Source: Parvivirga hydrogeniphila
GTDB lineage: Bacteria; Actinomycetota; Coriobacteriia; Anaerosomatales; Anaerosomataceae
DNA: 24,000 nt
Assembly (NCBI RefSeq): GCF_023371205.1
Contig: NZ_JAMCCO010000001.1
Coordinates: forward strand, 34,662 to 58,661
Direction: 5' to 3'
In this document: piece after piece, positions 1 through 6,756 of the stretch
Layout of the letters: each line of letters starts with the position of its first letter
How positions within the stretch are numbered: the stretch's first letter is position 1
Position numbers and translations under genes: made by a program
The notes under the pieces: model-generated
Database searches by the model: none
What the model was told of the DNA's origin: nothing
What the model saw: only the letters and a program-made list of their open reading frames with translations

Positions 1-155
1 CTGGTGCCGTCGGCCACCTCGAGCTGCACGTACTTGCCGATCCGCACCGAGCGGACCTCGTCGTAGCCCAGGTGCTGCAACGCACGCTCGGCAGTCGCCC
101 CCGGCGGGTCGAAGATGCCCTTCTTGTACGTCACATACACGTCGAACCTGGCCAC
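1..155 (-). CDS. purS: Phosphoribosylformylglycinamidine synthase subunit PurS (N-terminal part; the gene runs off the left edge)
   Basis: Absent from the ORF track because it is truncated by the window. My reverse-strand translation from GTG at 155 gives VARFDVYVTYKKGIFDPPGATAERALQHLGYDEVRSVRIGKYVQLEVADGT. This fits the PurS pattern (V-Y-V-x-x-K-x-x-x-x-DPxG ... AL..LGY..V..VR.GKY.EL). An AGGGAAG SD-like element lies about 6 nt upstream. Confidence 0.85.
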   Translation of the reverse strand, partial: MARFDVYVTYKKGIFDPPGATAERALQHLGYDEVRSVRIGKYVQLEVADGT

Positions 156-167
156 TGCCGCTTCCCT

Positions 168-461
168 TCAGTCGAGGTCCACACGCGCCGCGTCAGCAAG
201 CTCGCGCTTGCGTGCGCGCACGGCCGCGTCGATCCGCTTCCTGCCGTACCACGTGATGATGAGCCCGGCGATCCATGCGAAGATGGCCGAGTACGCGCCC
301 CACGGGATGTCGCGGTGCACGCCGACCGCCCAGCGCGATGGCCCGGCAACGTCGTTGAACGACAGGAAGAACCCGAGGATGCCGAGCGCCGAGAGCCCCA
401 TCCCCGCCCAGGTGAGGTACACGTGCGCGCGGACGTGCCGCGGCAGGTCGTTCAGGCTCAC
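168..461 (-). CDS. Small hypothetical membrane protein (97 aa, about 2 TM) inside the pur operon
   Basis: This is the C-terminal part of track ORF 168..677, starting at GTG 461. The peptide is VSLNDLPRHVRAHVYLTWAGMGLSALGILGFFLSFNDV...AIFAWIAGLIITWYGRKRIDAAV. The GTG overlaps the TGA of the upstream ORF (GTGA). The upstream part of the 169-aa ORF is Arg/Gly-rich and looks non-coding. No family recognised. Confidence 0.55.
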   Translation of the reverse strand: MSLNDLPRHVRAHVYLTWAGMGLSALGILGFFLSFNDVAGPSRWAVGVHRDIPWGAYSAIFAWIAGLIITWYGRKRIDAAVRARKRELADAARVDLD

Positions 462-871
462 TTCTTGTCCTTCTTCTGGCTCTTCTGCTGCTTGATGAGG
501 TCGTTGCGCAAGCGGCGGATGACCACGAGCTCGATGTACATCGCGGGAAAGAACGCCGCAGTAAGCACGGCCATCCCCACGCGCTGCGCAGTGACGTCGT
601 GACGGAGCGACGGGAGGTAGCTCACGGCGGCGGTCGCCACCATCACGGCGAACAGCGCCCACCACACCCGGCGCCACCGCTGGATCTCAGGCGATGTCGG
701 GAGAGCCGGTATCGCGCTCTTCTTCTCGGCCGCCTGCTTCGGCGCGGCCGAGACAGTGCTCGTGGCAGAGCCCGCCTCTCGCTTAGGCTTGAGCGACGAC
801 GCGCTGCGCTTGGTCGAACCGACCTTCGCATGCTTCTGGTAGCGCGGGTTGAGCGGGCTTCGTCTGGCCAT
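458..871 (-). CDS. Hypothetical membrane protein (137 aa) with a basic disordered N-terminus, 2 TM and a Lys-rich tail
   Basis: Track ORF 458..871. The ATG at 871 lies 3 nt after the purC stop (TGAgagATG). Hydrophobic segments WWALFAVMVATAAVSYL and GMAVLTAAFFPAMYIELVVI. No family recognised. Confidence 0.6.
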   Translation of the reverse strand: MARRSPLNPRYQKHAKVGSTKRSASSLKPKREAGSATSTVSAAPKQAAEKKSAIPALPTSPEIQRWRRVWWALFAVMVATAAVSYLPSLRHDVTAQRVGMAVLTAAFFPAMYIELVVIRRLRNDLIKQQKSQKKDKK

Positions 872-874
872 CTC

Positions 875-1759
875 TCACTCGTTCTCGGGGACGAACGGCT
901 CGCCCGTGATCGCTTCGTACGCCTCGACGTACTTCTCGGCAGTCATCACGATGACGTCTTCTGGCAGCGACGGCGCGGGCGGCTTCTTGTCCCAGCCGCT
1001 CGCCTCCAGCCAGTCACGCACGAACTGCTTGTCGAAGCTCGGCTGGCCGTGGCCGGGCTCGTAGGAGTCCGCTGGCCAGAAGCGCGACGAGTCCGGCGTG
1101 AGGACCTCGTCGATCAGGGCGACCTCGCCATCGATGAGCCCGAACTCGAACTTCGTGTCCGCGATGATGATGCCGCACGAGCGCGCGTGCTCAGCTGCCC
1201 GCGAGTACAGTTCGAGCGAGACGTCGCGCAGGCGCGTGGCGTGCTCCTCGCCGATGATCTCGCACATCCGCTCGAACGAGATGTTCTCGTCGTGCTCGCC
1301 GATGGCGGCCTTCGTCGACGGCGTGAAGATCGGCTCCGGCAGCCGGTCGGACTCCACGAGGCCGGCCGGGAGCTTCTGCCCGCACACCGTGCCGTGCTCG
1401 CGATACTCGTTCCAGCCAGAACCGGCCAGGTAGCCCCGGACGATGCACTCCACGGGGAACACCTGCGCCTTGCGAACCAGCATCATGCGGCCTTTGAGCG
1501 CCTCAGCGTACTCCGCGTACTGCTCGGGCAGGTCGCGCACGTCCGCGGAGATGAGGTGGCTGGCAACGACGTCTTTCAGGTGGTCGAACCAGAAGAGCGA
1601 GATCTTCGTGAGCACCTCGCCCTTGTACGGGATCGGGTCAGGCAGCACGACGTCGAACGCACTGATGCGGTCGGTGGCGACGATGAGCAGCTCATCGCCC
1701 AGATCGAAGATGTCTCGTACCTTGCCCTGCGCATCGGGAGTCAGACCCGGCAGCTGCAT
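875..1759 (-). CDS. purC: Phosphoribosylaminoimidazole-succinocarboxamide (SAICAR) synthase
   Basis: Track ORF 875..1801. I recognise the PurC sequence (GKVRDIFDLGDELLIVATDRISAFDVVLP...IIADTKFEFG...VLTPDSSRFW). I place the start at ATG 1759 (MQLPGLTPDAQGK) because GAAAGGGG sits 5 nt upstream. The 14 extra codons up to 1801 have no RBS. Confidence 0.95.
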   Translation of the reverse strand: MQLPGLTPDAQGKVRDIFDLGDELLIVATDRISAFDVVLPDPIPYKGEVLTKISLFWFDHLKDVVASHLISADVRDLPEQYAEYAEALKGRMMLVRKAQVFPVECIVRGYLAGSGWNEYREHGTVCGQKLPAGLVESDRLPEPIFTPSTKAAIGEHDENISFERMCEIIGEEHATRLRDVSLELYSRAAEHARSCGIIIADTKFEFGLIDGEVALIDEVLTPDSSRFWPADSYEPGHGQPSFDKQFVRDWLEASGWDKKPPAPSLPEDVIVMTAEKYVEAYEAITGEPFVPENE

Positions 1760-1806
1760 GGTGCCCCTTTCGATGCCCTCCAGATCGCGCGTCGTGCGCA
1801 CATCGC

Positions 1807-1835
1807 ATTGTAGGGCAAGGAGGCGCCGCCGTCAG
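1807..1835 (-). promoter_or_regulatory. Candidate sigma70-type promoter for purC
   Basis: The minus strand reads CTGACG (1835-1830), a 17 nt spacer, then TACAAT (1812-1807), about 45 nt upstream of the purC ATG. Pattern match only. Confidence 0.4.
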
Positions 1836-2031
1836 GAGCGGACAGCGAGACGAACGACTGCTTGGTTCGGTGCCTCAGCCGATCACGCCTAAGAAGGCGA
1901 GCCCCGCGAGAGCGTGGAACACCGCGGCGGCGGCGAGCACGAACGCGACGGCCTTGTGGACTTGGAGGTGCAACCGGCCTTTCAGCCGGATGACGCGCAG
2001 GCCCTGGAAGGAGGCCCGCCCAAACCTGGCG

Positions 2032-2919
2032 TCACAGAGCACAGGCACCGCTCCACGCGCAGAGGTTGTCGCGCAGCACGTCAGGCAGAGCGGCCACGAG
2101 GTCGCGGGCCCGCATCGCCGGCGTAGCGCCCATGACCCGACCCGCCTCGCGGTTCGCGCGCGCCGCGCACACGGCGGCGTCCAGCGTCGGGAACCCCGCC
2201 GCCAAGAATGCGGAGGCCAGCCCTGCAAGCGTGTCGCCCGTCCCGCCTATCGCCTCGAGGGCCGGGACCAGGGGCTCAGCGACGGTCGCCACGACTTCGC
2301 CTTGCTCGGCTATGTGGTCGATCTCACCCTTGACGATGAGCACGCGCGCTGCGCCGCCCCGCTCGTGCGCCAGGCCGCTGAGCTTCACGGGGTCGAACCC
2401 GTCCGTGCCGAAGAGATAGTGCGAGACGTATGCAGGGTGTGTGGCCGCAGGGTCTGCCAGGAAGCCGAGCTCGCCGACGTCCGGCGTCATCAGCTCGAAG
2501 CGAGACGCGAGCCCCGCCGCCTTCGCGGCGTACATCCCCCCAGCGTCCGCGACCAAGAGCGCTCCAGGCGCCTCGCGCTCGACCGCGCCGACCGCCTCGC
2601 GCATGAGGGCCATGATCGGCTGCAGGTAGTGGAACGCGACGACAGACGGCCGCGCCTGCGCGAGCGCTGCTGGCAGAGCATTGAAGACTGCGCGCGTGCC
2701 GTCGCCGCGTCCGATGTCGCCCGCGATGAGCGCCCAGGGCGCGGAAGTCCCGAGGTAGCGCGACGCTGCGCACGCCGCCCCGAGCATCGCGGCCGTGCCC
2801 TGGGCATGCGGGACGGCTGCATCGCCCACGCGAAGCGAACCGTCGGTTTCGAGGAACGCTGGCCCGAGCACCAGCGGACCGCCTTCGACCGGATACGTCG
2901 CGACCACGAGAAGCGTCAT
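2032..2919 (-). CDS. Carbohydrate-kinase-fold protein, NAD(P)HX-dehydratase-like (YjeF C-terminal / NnrD-like); last gene of the yedE operon
   Basis: Track ORF 2032..2982, with the start placed at ATG 2919 (MTLLVVATYP), which overlaps the upstream stop as ATGA. Motifs seen by eye match B. subtilis YxkO/NnrD-type proteins: GTAAMLGAACAASRYLG, VADAGGMY, LMTPDVGELGFL (compare TPHPGEF), VLIVKGEIDHI (compare VLKG..T.I) and AIGGTGDTLAGLASAFL (compare GGTGDTLTG). Confidence 0.8.
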   Translation of the reverse strand: MTLLVVATYPVEGGPLVLGPAFLETDGSLRVGDAAVPHAQGTAAMLGAACAASRYLGTSAPWALIAGDIGRGDGTRAVFNALPAALAQARPSVVAFHYLQPIMALMREAVGAVEREAPGALLVADAGGMYAAKAAGLASRFELMTPDVGELGFLADPAATHPAYVSHYLFGTDGFDPVKLSGLAHERGGAARVLIVKGEIDHIAEQGEVVATVAEPLVPALEAIGGTGDTLAGLASAFLAAGFPTLDAAVCAARANREAGRVMGATPAMRARDLVAALPDVLRDNLCAWSGACAL

Positions 2920-3464
2920 GCCGGCTCCACCCCTAGAAGAGCGCACGCCTCTTCGTACGCGCGGTCGAGCATCAGCCCGCACAGCGTATACCCCAGCGAC
3001 TTCGGTCGCGGAGCCTCGTCCAAGCGCCTGCCGACCAGCTCCACGTTGAGGTACGGGATGTCAGGGCAGCCGCCGCCGGAGGTGTTGACGATCACCAGCG
3101 TGTTCTTGTCGACGACGATCTTCATGTTGCCCGCACGCACCATGAGGTGGTCTCCGAAGTCCACAGTCGTCACGAGGTCGACAGGTGCGGCCGACGAGCC
3201 TGGATCGTCGACCCAGCCCCGCACGGGCACGCCTGACTCGCGCAGCAGACGCTCGGCGCCCACGTGCTCGACGCGCGGCACCGCGACGGCGAGATCGCAG
3301 CCGGCCCGCAGGTGGTGCGGGGGCGCAACGAGCGCGTAGTCGTACCCCGCTCTTTTCAAGACGCGCTCCGCCCACAACGCGTCCGGGACTTGGTCGAACA
3401 GGAAGAGCCCGGACGCCTCGTGGGCGTCCGGGGCCTCCCTGCGGTCTTTCTTCCGGAAGAGCAT
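2916..3464 (-). CDS. DUF3343 (putative Se/S-carrier)-like domain fused to an uncharacterised Cys-containing C-terminal domain (182 aa)
   Basis: Inner part of track ORF 2916..3647. The ATG at 3464 (MLFRKKDRRE) overlaps the yedF-like stop (TGATG). The N-terminal 80 aa (GLFLFDQVPDALWAERVLKRAGYDYALVAPPHHLRAGCDLAVAV) look like DUF3343. I do not recognise the C-terminal roughly 90 aa (VDFGDHLMVRAGNMKIVVDKNTLVIVNTSGGGCPDIPYLNVEL...LCGLMLDRAYEEAC). Confidence 0.7.
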   Translation of the reverse strand: MLFRKKDRREAPDAHEASGLFLFDQVPDALWAERVLKRAGYDYALVAPPHHLRAGCDLAVAVPRVEHVGAERLLRESGVPVRGWVDDPGSSAAPVDLVTTVDFGDHLMVRAGNMKIVVDKNTLVIVNTSGGGCPDIPYLNVELVGRRLDEAPRPKSLGYTLCGLMLDRAYEEACALLGVEPA

Positions 3465-3676
3465 CACGACGACTTCTTGCCGATGATCGTCCAGCCCTCG
3501 GCAGTCTCCTCGATCGCTACGTCGTACGAGCTGTCCTTGAGCAGGTTCACGACATTCGCCTTCGCCGTCCCGCTGTCCACGAGCACGGTGATCGCCTCCG
3601 GCTCTGCCTCGAGCGCCTTCTTCGTGCGCATCAGCGGGACCGGGCACGAGAATCCTCTGACATCGACCTCGACCAT
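3464..3676 (-). CDS. yedF: TusA/SirA/YedF-like sulfur(selenium)-transfer protein (70 aa)
   Basis: Inner part of track ORF 3464..3901, starting at ATG 3676 with GGGAGGAGG 6 nt upstream. The peptide MVEVDVRGFSCPVPLMRTKKALEAEPEAITVLVDSGTAKANVVNLL carries the TusA-family CPxP active-site motif. Confidence 0.85.
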   Translation of the reverse strand: MVEVDVRGFSCPVPLMRTKKALEAEPEAITVLVDSGTAKANVVNLLKDSSYDVAIEETAEGWTIIGKKSS

Positions 3677-3690
3677 GTGCGCCTCCTCCC

Positions 3691-4953
3691 TCACGCCGTC
3701 CGCTCGCGCTTGATGAGCGCGATGGCGACGAGAACGACTGCCATGACAGCGAGCGCCGGCCATCCGTACTGCGACAGCCCCTTCGGTGAGGACGCGATGC
3801 CGTACCAGTGCGCGAACAGCGCGCCTCCCATCATGCCCAGGACGGCCGCGAACGCGTCGGCATCGCCCTCGCCGGACATGATGACCTGCCGGAACGGGCA
3901 TCCACCGAGCATGACAGCAGCGAGGCCGGCCACAGTCATCGCCGCGAAGTTGCCGAGCGCGTCGGTGTGCGCGATAGGCTGGTTCTCGAAGCCGAGATTG
4001 AACTGGCCGAGCACGAGGTTGGCAACGAACGCGCCGACGAGCAGGCCGATCACGCCGAAGAGCAGGTCGAAGCGCCGCACCAGCACGACATCACGGATGC
4101 CGCCGATGGAGCAGAAGCGGCTTCGCTGCGCCACGACGCCGAGGACGAGACCGGCAACGAGCGCGATGTACAGCGGTGCACGCTTGCCGCCTGGCTGCGG
4201 CTTGGCCTTCGCCACTGCCTCCGCAGACGCGACGACTGCGCCATCGGCACCTACGACCGAGCCGTCTTCGGCAAGCGTGGCACCTTCCGGCTTGAGAATC
4301 GTCGCCGGTTTGCCATCAGGGCCTTTCAAGAAGACGGCGGGGGGCGTCGTGCCCGTCGCGAACGCCTTTGCCTTGGTGACGGTGAAGCCCATCGGAGCGG
4401 AGCCCGAGGACGATGCGAGCGCGAGAGCCAGCAGCACGATTGCGAGCACGGGTCCAAGCCATCCCACGGGCGCAGGCAGCTTCACGGACCTACCGAGGTT
4501 GTAGCCGCTCTTCAAGAACAGAGCGCCCACGGTGACCCCGACGATGATCCCGAGGATGCCGTAGACGGCGTTGAGGTCGCCGCCGGCCAGCCGCAGCCAC
4601 GCCCTGACGGTGCAGCCCAAGAAGATGAGCGCCGAGGTCATGAAGATGAATCCGAGCACGAATCGAAGCGGCGTGCTGGATCCGCCACGAGGCCGGAACT
4701 CCTTCGTGGCGAGGGAGGCGGCCATCGCACCCAGCATCAGACCGACGATCTCCGGCCGGATGTAGGCGACCGCCCCCATGTTGGCCTTGGTCCCGCCGAA
4801 GAAGCCGACCGTATCGCGCAGGAAGCACGCGATGCACAGACCCATGTTCCCCGGGTTGCCCTGGCTCACGAGCCAGGCCGCGACGACGCCGATGAACGCC
4901 CCGGCCGCGCCGAAGACCCACGCAGACGGCCCTACCATGCGCCTTCCAGACAT
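3691..4953 (-). CDS. yedE: YedE/YeeE-family membrane transporter (putative selenium/thiosulfate-type uptake protein)
   Basis: Track ORF 3691..4953. Hallmark sequence QGNPGNMGLCIACFLRDTVGFFGG, plus conserved Cys motifs in the second half (RSRFCSIGGIRD, GGCPFRQV) and many TM segments. An alternative start at ATG 4938 (MVGPSAW) is also preceded by GGAAGG. There is a hydrophilic insertion of roughly 80 aa at residues 181-259. Confidence 0.88.
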   Translation of the reverse strand: MSGRRMVGPSAWVFGAAGAFIGVVAAWLVSQGNPGNMGLCIACFLRDTVGFFGGTKANMGAVAYIRPEIVGLMLGAMAASLATKEFRPRGGSSTPLRFVLGFIFMTSALIFLGCTVRAWLRLAGGDLNAVYGILGIIVGVTVGALFLKSGYNLGRSVKLPAPVGWLGPVLAIVLLALALASSSGSAPMGFTVTKAKAFATGTTPPAVFLKGPDGKPATILKPEGATLAEDGSVVGADGAVVASAEAVAKAKPQPGGKRAPLYIALVAGLVLGVVAQRSRFCSIGGIRDVVLVRRFDLLFGVIGLLVGAFVANLVLGQFNLGFENQPIAHTDALGNFAAMTVAGLAAVMLGGCPFRQVIMSGEGDADAFAAVLGMMGGALFAHWYGIASSPKGLSQYGWPALAVMAVVLVAIALIKRERTA

Positions 4954-4991
4954 GGCACCACCCCATTCAGTCGATGACTGCGCTTGGAGTG

Positions 4992-5021
4992 ATGCTATCT
5001 ATAAATGTGATGAATAGTCAA
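4992..5021 (-). promoter_or_regulatory. Candidate promoter of the yedE operon in an AT-rich island
   Basis: The minus strand reads TTGACT (5021-5016), an 18 nt spacer, then TAGCAT (4997-4992). This sits within the only clearly AT-rich stretch in this part of the window (about 4990-5025), starting right after the stop of the upstream ASKHA gene and about 40 nt before the yedE ATG. Confidence 0.35.
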
Positions 5022-5024
5022 CAA

Positions 5025-6620
5025 TCAGCGCGGGTTCTTCGGCGGGAAGTCGAGCGCCCGGACGAAAGCGCCTTGGAACTGCGGTGCCGATGCGAGGTCC
5101 AGCGTGCGTATGCTCGCGGCCACGCGGTCCGCCTCGCGTCGCGCGGCGCGCGAGACGCACGCGGCACGAGCGCCCTCGAGCGCCGCATTCCCGACGAACG
5201 AGAACCGCGTCTCGAGGCCGTGGGGCACCATCCCGATGCGCACCAGCGAGGACGCGTCTGCGTGCAGACCGAAGCCGCCGGCCACCACCACGCGCTCCAC
5301 CTGCTCCGCTCTGATGCCGGCCTCGTCGAGCAGAAGCTCGATCGCCGCCCGTATGGCGCCCTTCGCGAGCTGGACGGCCCGCACGTCTTTCTGGGTGAGG
5401 ACGACCGGACGGCCGGCGTCCACCACGAAGGCCCGGACGCCGTCGCGCTCGATCACTCGCTCATCGAGCGGACCGCCCGGCGCTTGAAGCCTTCCGCTCG
5501 GGTCGAGCACGCCCGCGTCCAGCAGAGCCGCAAGCAGATCGAGCGTCCCTGAGCCGCACAACCCGAGCGGCGGCACGCCGCCGATGACGTCGAGCTCGAG
5601 CCCATCTTCCGTCCGACGCACGCGTTCGATGGCTCCTGGCGCGGCGCGCATGCCGCTCGTGGTGCCCGCCCCCTCCAGCGCCGGACCTGCCGCAGCAGAC
5701 GCCGCGAGAAGGCCGGAACCGGTCGCCAGCACGACCTCCGCATTCGTCCCGAGGTCGATGAAGAGCGCGGGCCCTTCGCTGAGCGCGAAGCGCGTCGCGA
5801 CGATGCCGGCGACGACGTCCGCGCCGATGAACGCCGAGGCGCAGGGAAGCGCGTGCACCGAGACGTGCTCGAGCCCCGCCAGCCCGAGCTCAGCCCCCGA
5901 TGCGTCGCGCGCCGCCAACGGCACCCCTTCGTACGGCGCGGCGCCGAGCGGGCCCACGTCGTCGCCGAGGAAGATGCCGCGCATCGCGGTGTTCCCGCAC
6001 ATCACGAGCTCCGAGACCGCAGAGGCCGGAGCCCCGGCGTCGGCCATCACGGCGTTCGCGAGGCGCACGACTTGCGCGACGAGCGGCGCTCGGAGCGCCT
6101 CGAGCCCTTCGTGCTGGACGGCAGCGACGCGCGACATGACGTCGGCGCCCCACGGGAACTGCGCATTCAGCATGCTCCGCGTGGCCTCGACGTCGCCGGT
6201 GGATAAATCGACCAGCGCGAGCACGACCGTTGTGGTGCCGATGTCGAACGCGAGCCCGAGCGACCCGGCCCCCAGGTGCTTTCGGCTGTCCGGCTCCCAG
6301 AAAGATGCCTCCGTCGCGTGCGCGACCGCCCGCACGGGCGCGACGTCCGCATCGTGCACGCGCACGTCTCCGAGCACCCGCGCCCGGCACGCCAGACGAT
6401 GCCCGCTCGCGACCGCATCGACGCCGAGCACGGCGAGCTCCTCCTCGGCGGGCGCCGACAGCGCTCCTTCTGCGCGGACCACGCACCTGCCGCACGTCCC
6501 TACGCCGCTGCACTGCGCATCGATAGGCACGCCTGCCGCCCGGGCCGCCGCGAGGAGCGTGGCGTGCGGCTCGACGCACACGTGCACACCGTGACGGGGG
6601 AACTCGACTCGTGGCGACAA
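5025..6620 (-). CDS. 2Fe-2S ferredoxin-domain / ASKHA ATPase protein (DUF4445; RACo-like reductive activator of corrinoid enzymes)
   Basis: Track ORF 5025..6620. The N-terminus has a plant-type ferredoxin Cys pattern (CSGVGTCGRCVV ... ACRA). ASKHA motifs are LAFDIGTTTVVLALVD, FIDLGTNAEVVL, GLCGSG and VVAGGFG. The start codon is TTG at 6620 with AGAGG about 9 nt upstream; the exact start is uncertain. Confidence 0.85.
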   Translation of the reverse strand: MSPRVEFPRHGVHVCVEPHATLLAAARAAGVPIDAQCSGVGTCGRCVVRAEGALSAPAEEELAVLGVDAVASGHRLACRARVLGDVRVHDADVAPVRAVAHATEASFWEPDSRKHLGAGSLGLAFDIGTTTVVLALVDLSTGDVEATRSMLNAQFPWGADVMSRVAAVQHEGLEALRAPLVAQVVRLANAVMADAGAPASAVSELVMCGNTAMRGIFLGDDVGPLGAAPYEGVPLAARDASGAELGLAGLEHVSVHALPCASAFIGADVVAGIVATRFALSEGPALFIDLGTNAEVVLATGSGLLAASAAAGPALEGAGTTSGMRAAPGAIERVRRTEDGLELDVIGGVPPLGLCGSGTLDLLAALLDAGVLDPSGRLQAPGGPLDERVIERDGVRAFVVDAGRPVVLTQKDVRAVQLAKGAIRAAIELLLDEAGIRAEQVERVVVAGGFGLHADASSLVRIGMVPHGLETRFSFVGNAALEGARAACVSRAARREADRVAASIRTLDLASAPQFQGAFVRALDFPPKNPR

Positions 6621-6706
6621 TCCTGCACGCCTCTCGAAACGCCGTGGCCGTGGTGCGATTCTACCCGCTCGCTCCAGAAACGCGCATCAAGAGCCGACAA
6701 TGGGTG

Positions 6707-6712
6707 TATAGT
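6707..6712 (+). promoter_or_regulatory. Possible -10 element (TATAGT) for the sensor kinase gene
   Basis: TATAGT lies in a locally AT-rich patch (gggtgTATAGTatcg) 45 nt upstream of ATG 6757. I found no convincing -35. Confidence 0.25.
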
Positions 6713-6756
6713 ATCGTCGCCTATGTGCATGGCGACCGGCATCGCTCTCGCACGGA

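Noticed and set aside
1760-1875. Possible purine/ZTP-type riboswitch in the purC leader
   Set aside because: I could not find the conserved cores of ZTP or purine riboswitches. With the candidate promoter at 1807-1835 the leader would be only about 45 nt, too short for such an aptamer.
1875-1973. 32-codon hydrophobic mini-ORF (TTG start, GAAAGG 4 nt upstream; peptide LHLQVHKAVAFVLAAAAVFHALAGLAFLGVIG) downstream of the selenium-type operon
   Set aside because: It is too short and has a rare start codon, and nothing else supports it. It could be a real small membrane peptide, but the sequence alone cannot establish that.
1870-3339. 489-aa plus-strand ORF covering the region of the NnrD-like and DUF3343 genes
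   Set aside because: It is an Arg/Ala/Pro-rich low-complexity translation with no recognisable motifs and lies antisense to well-supported, motif-bearing genes. This is a typical shadow ORF in high-GC DNA.
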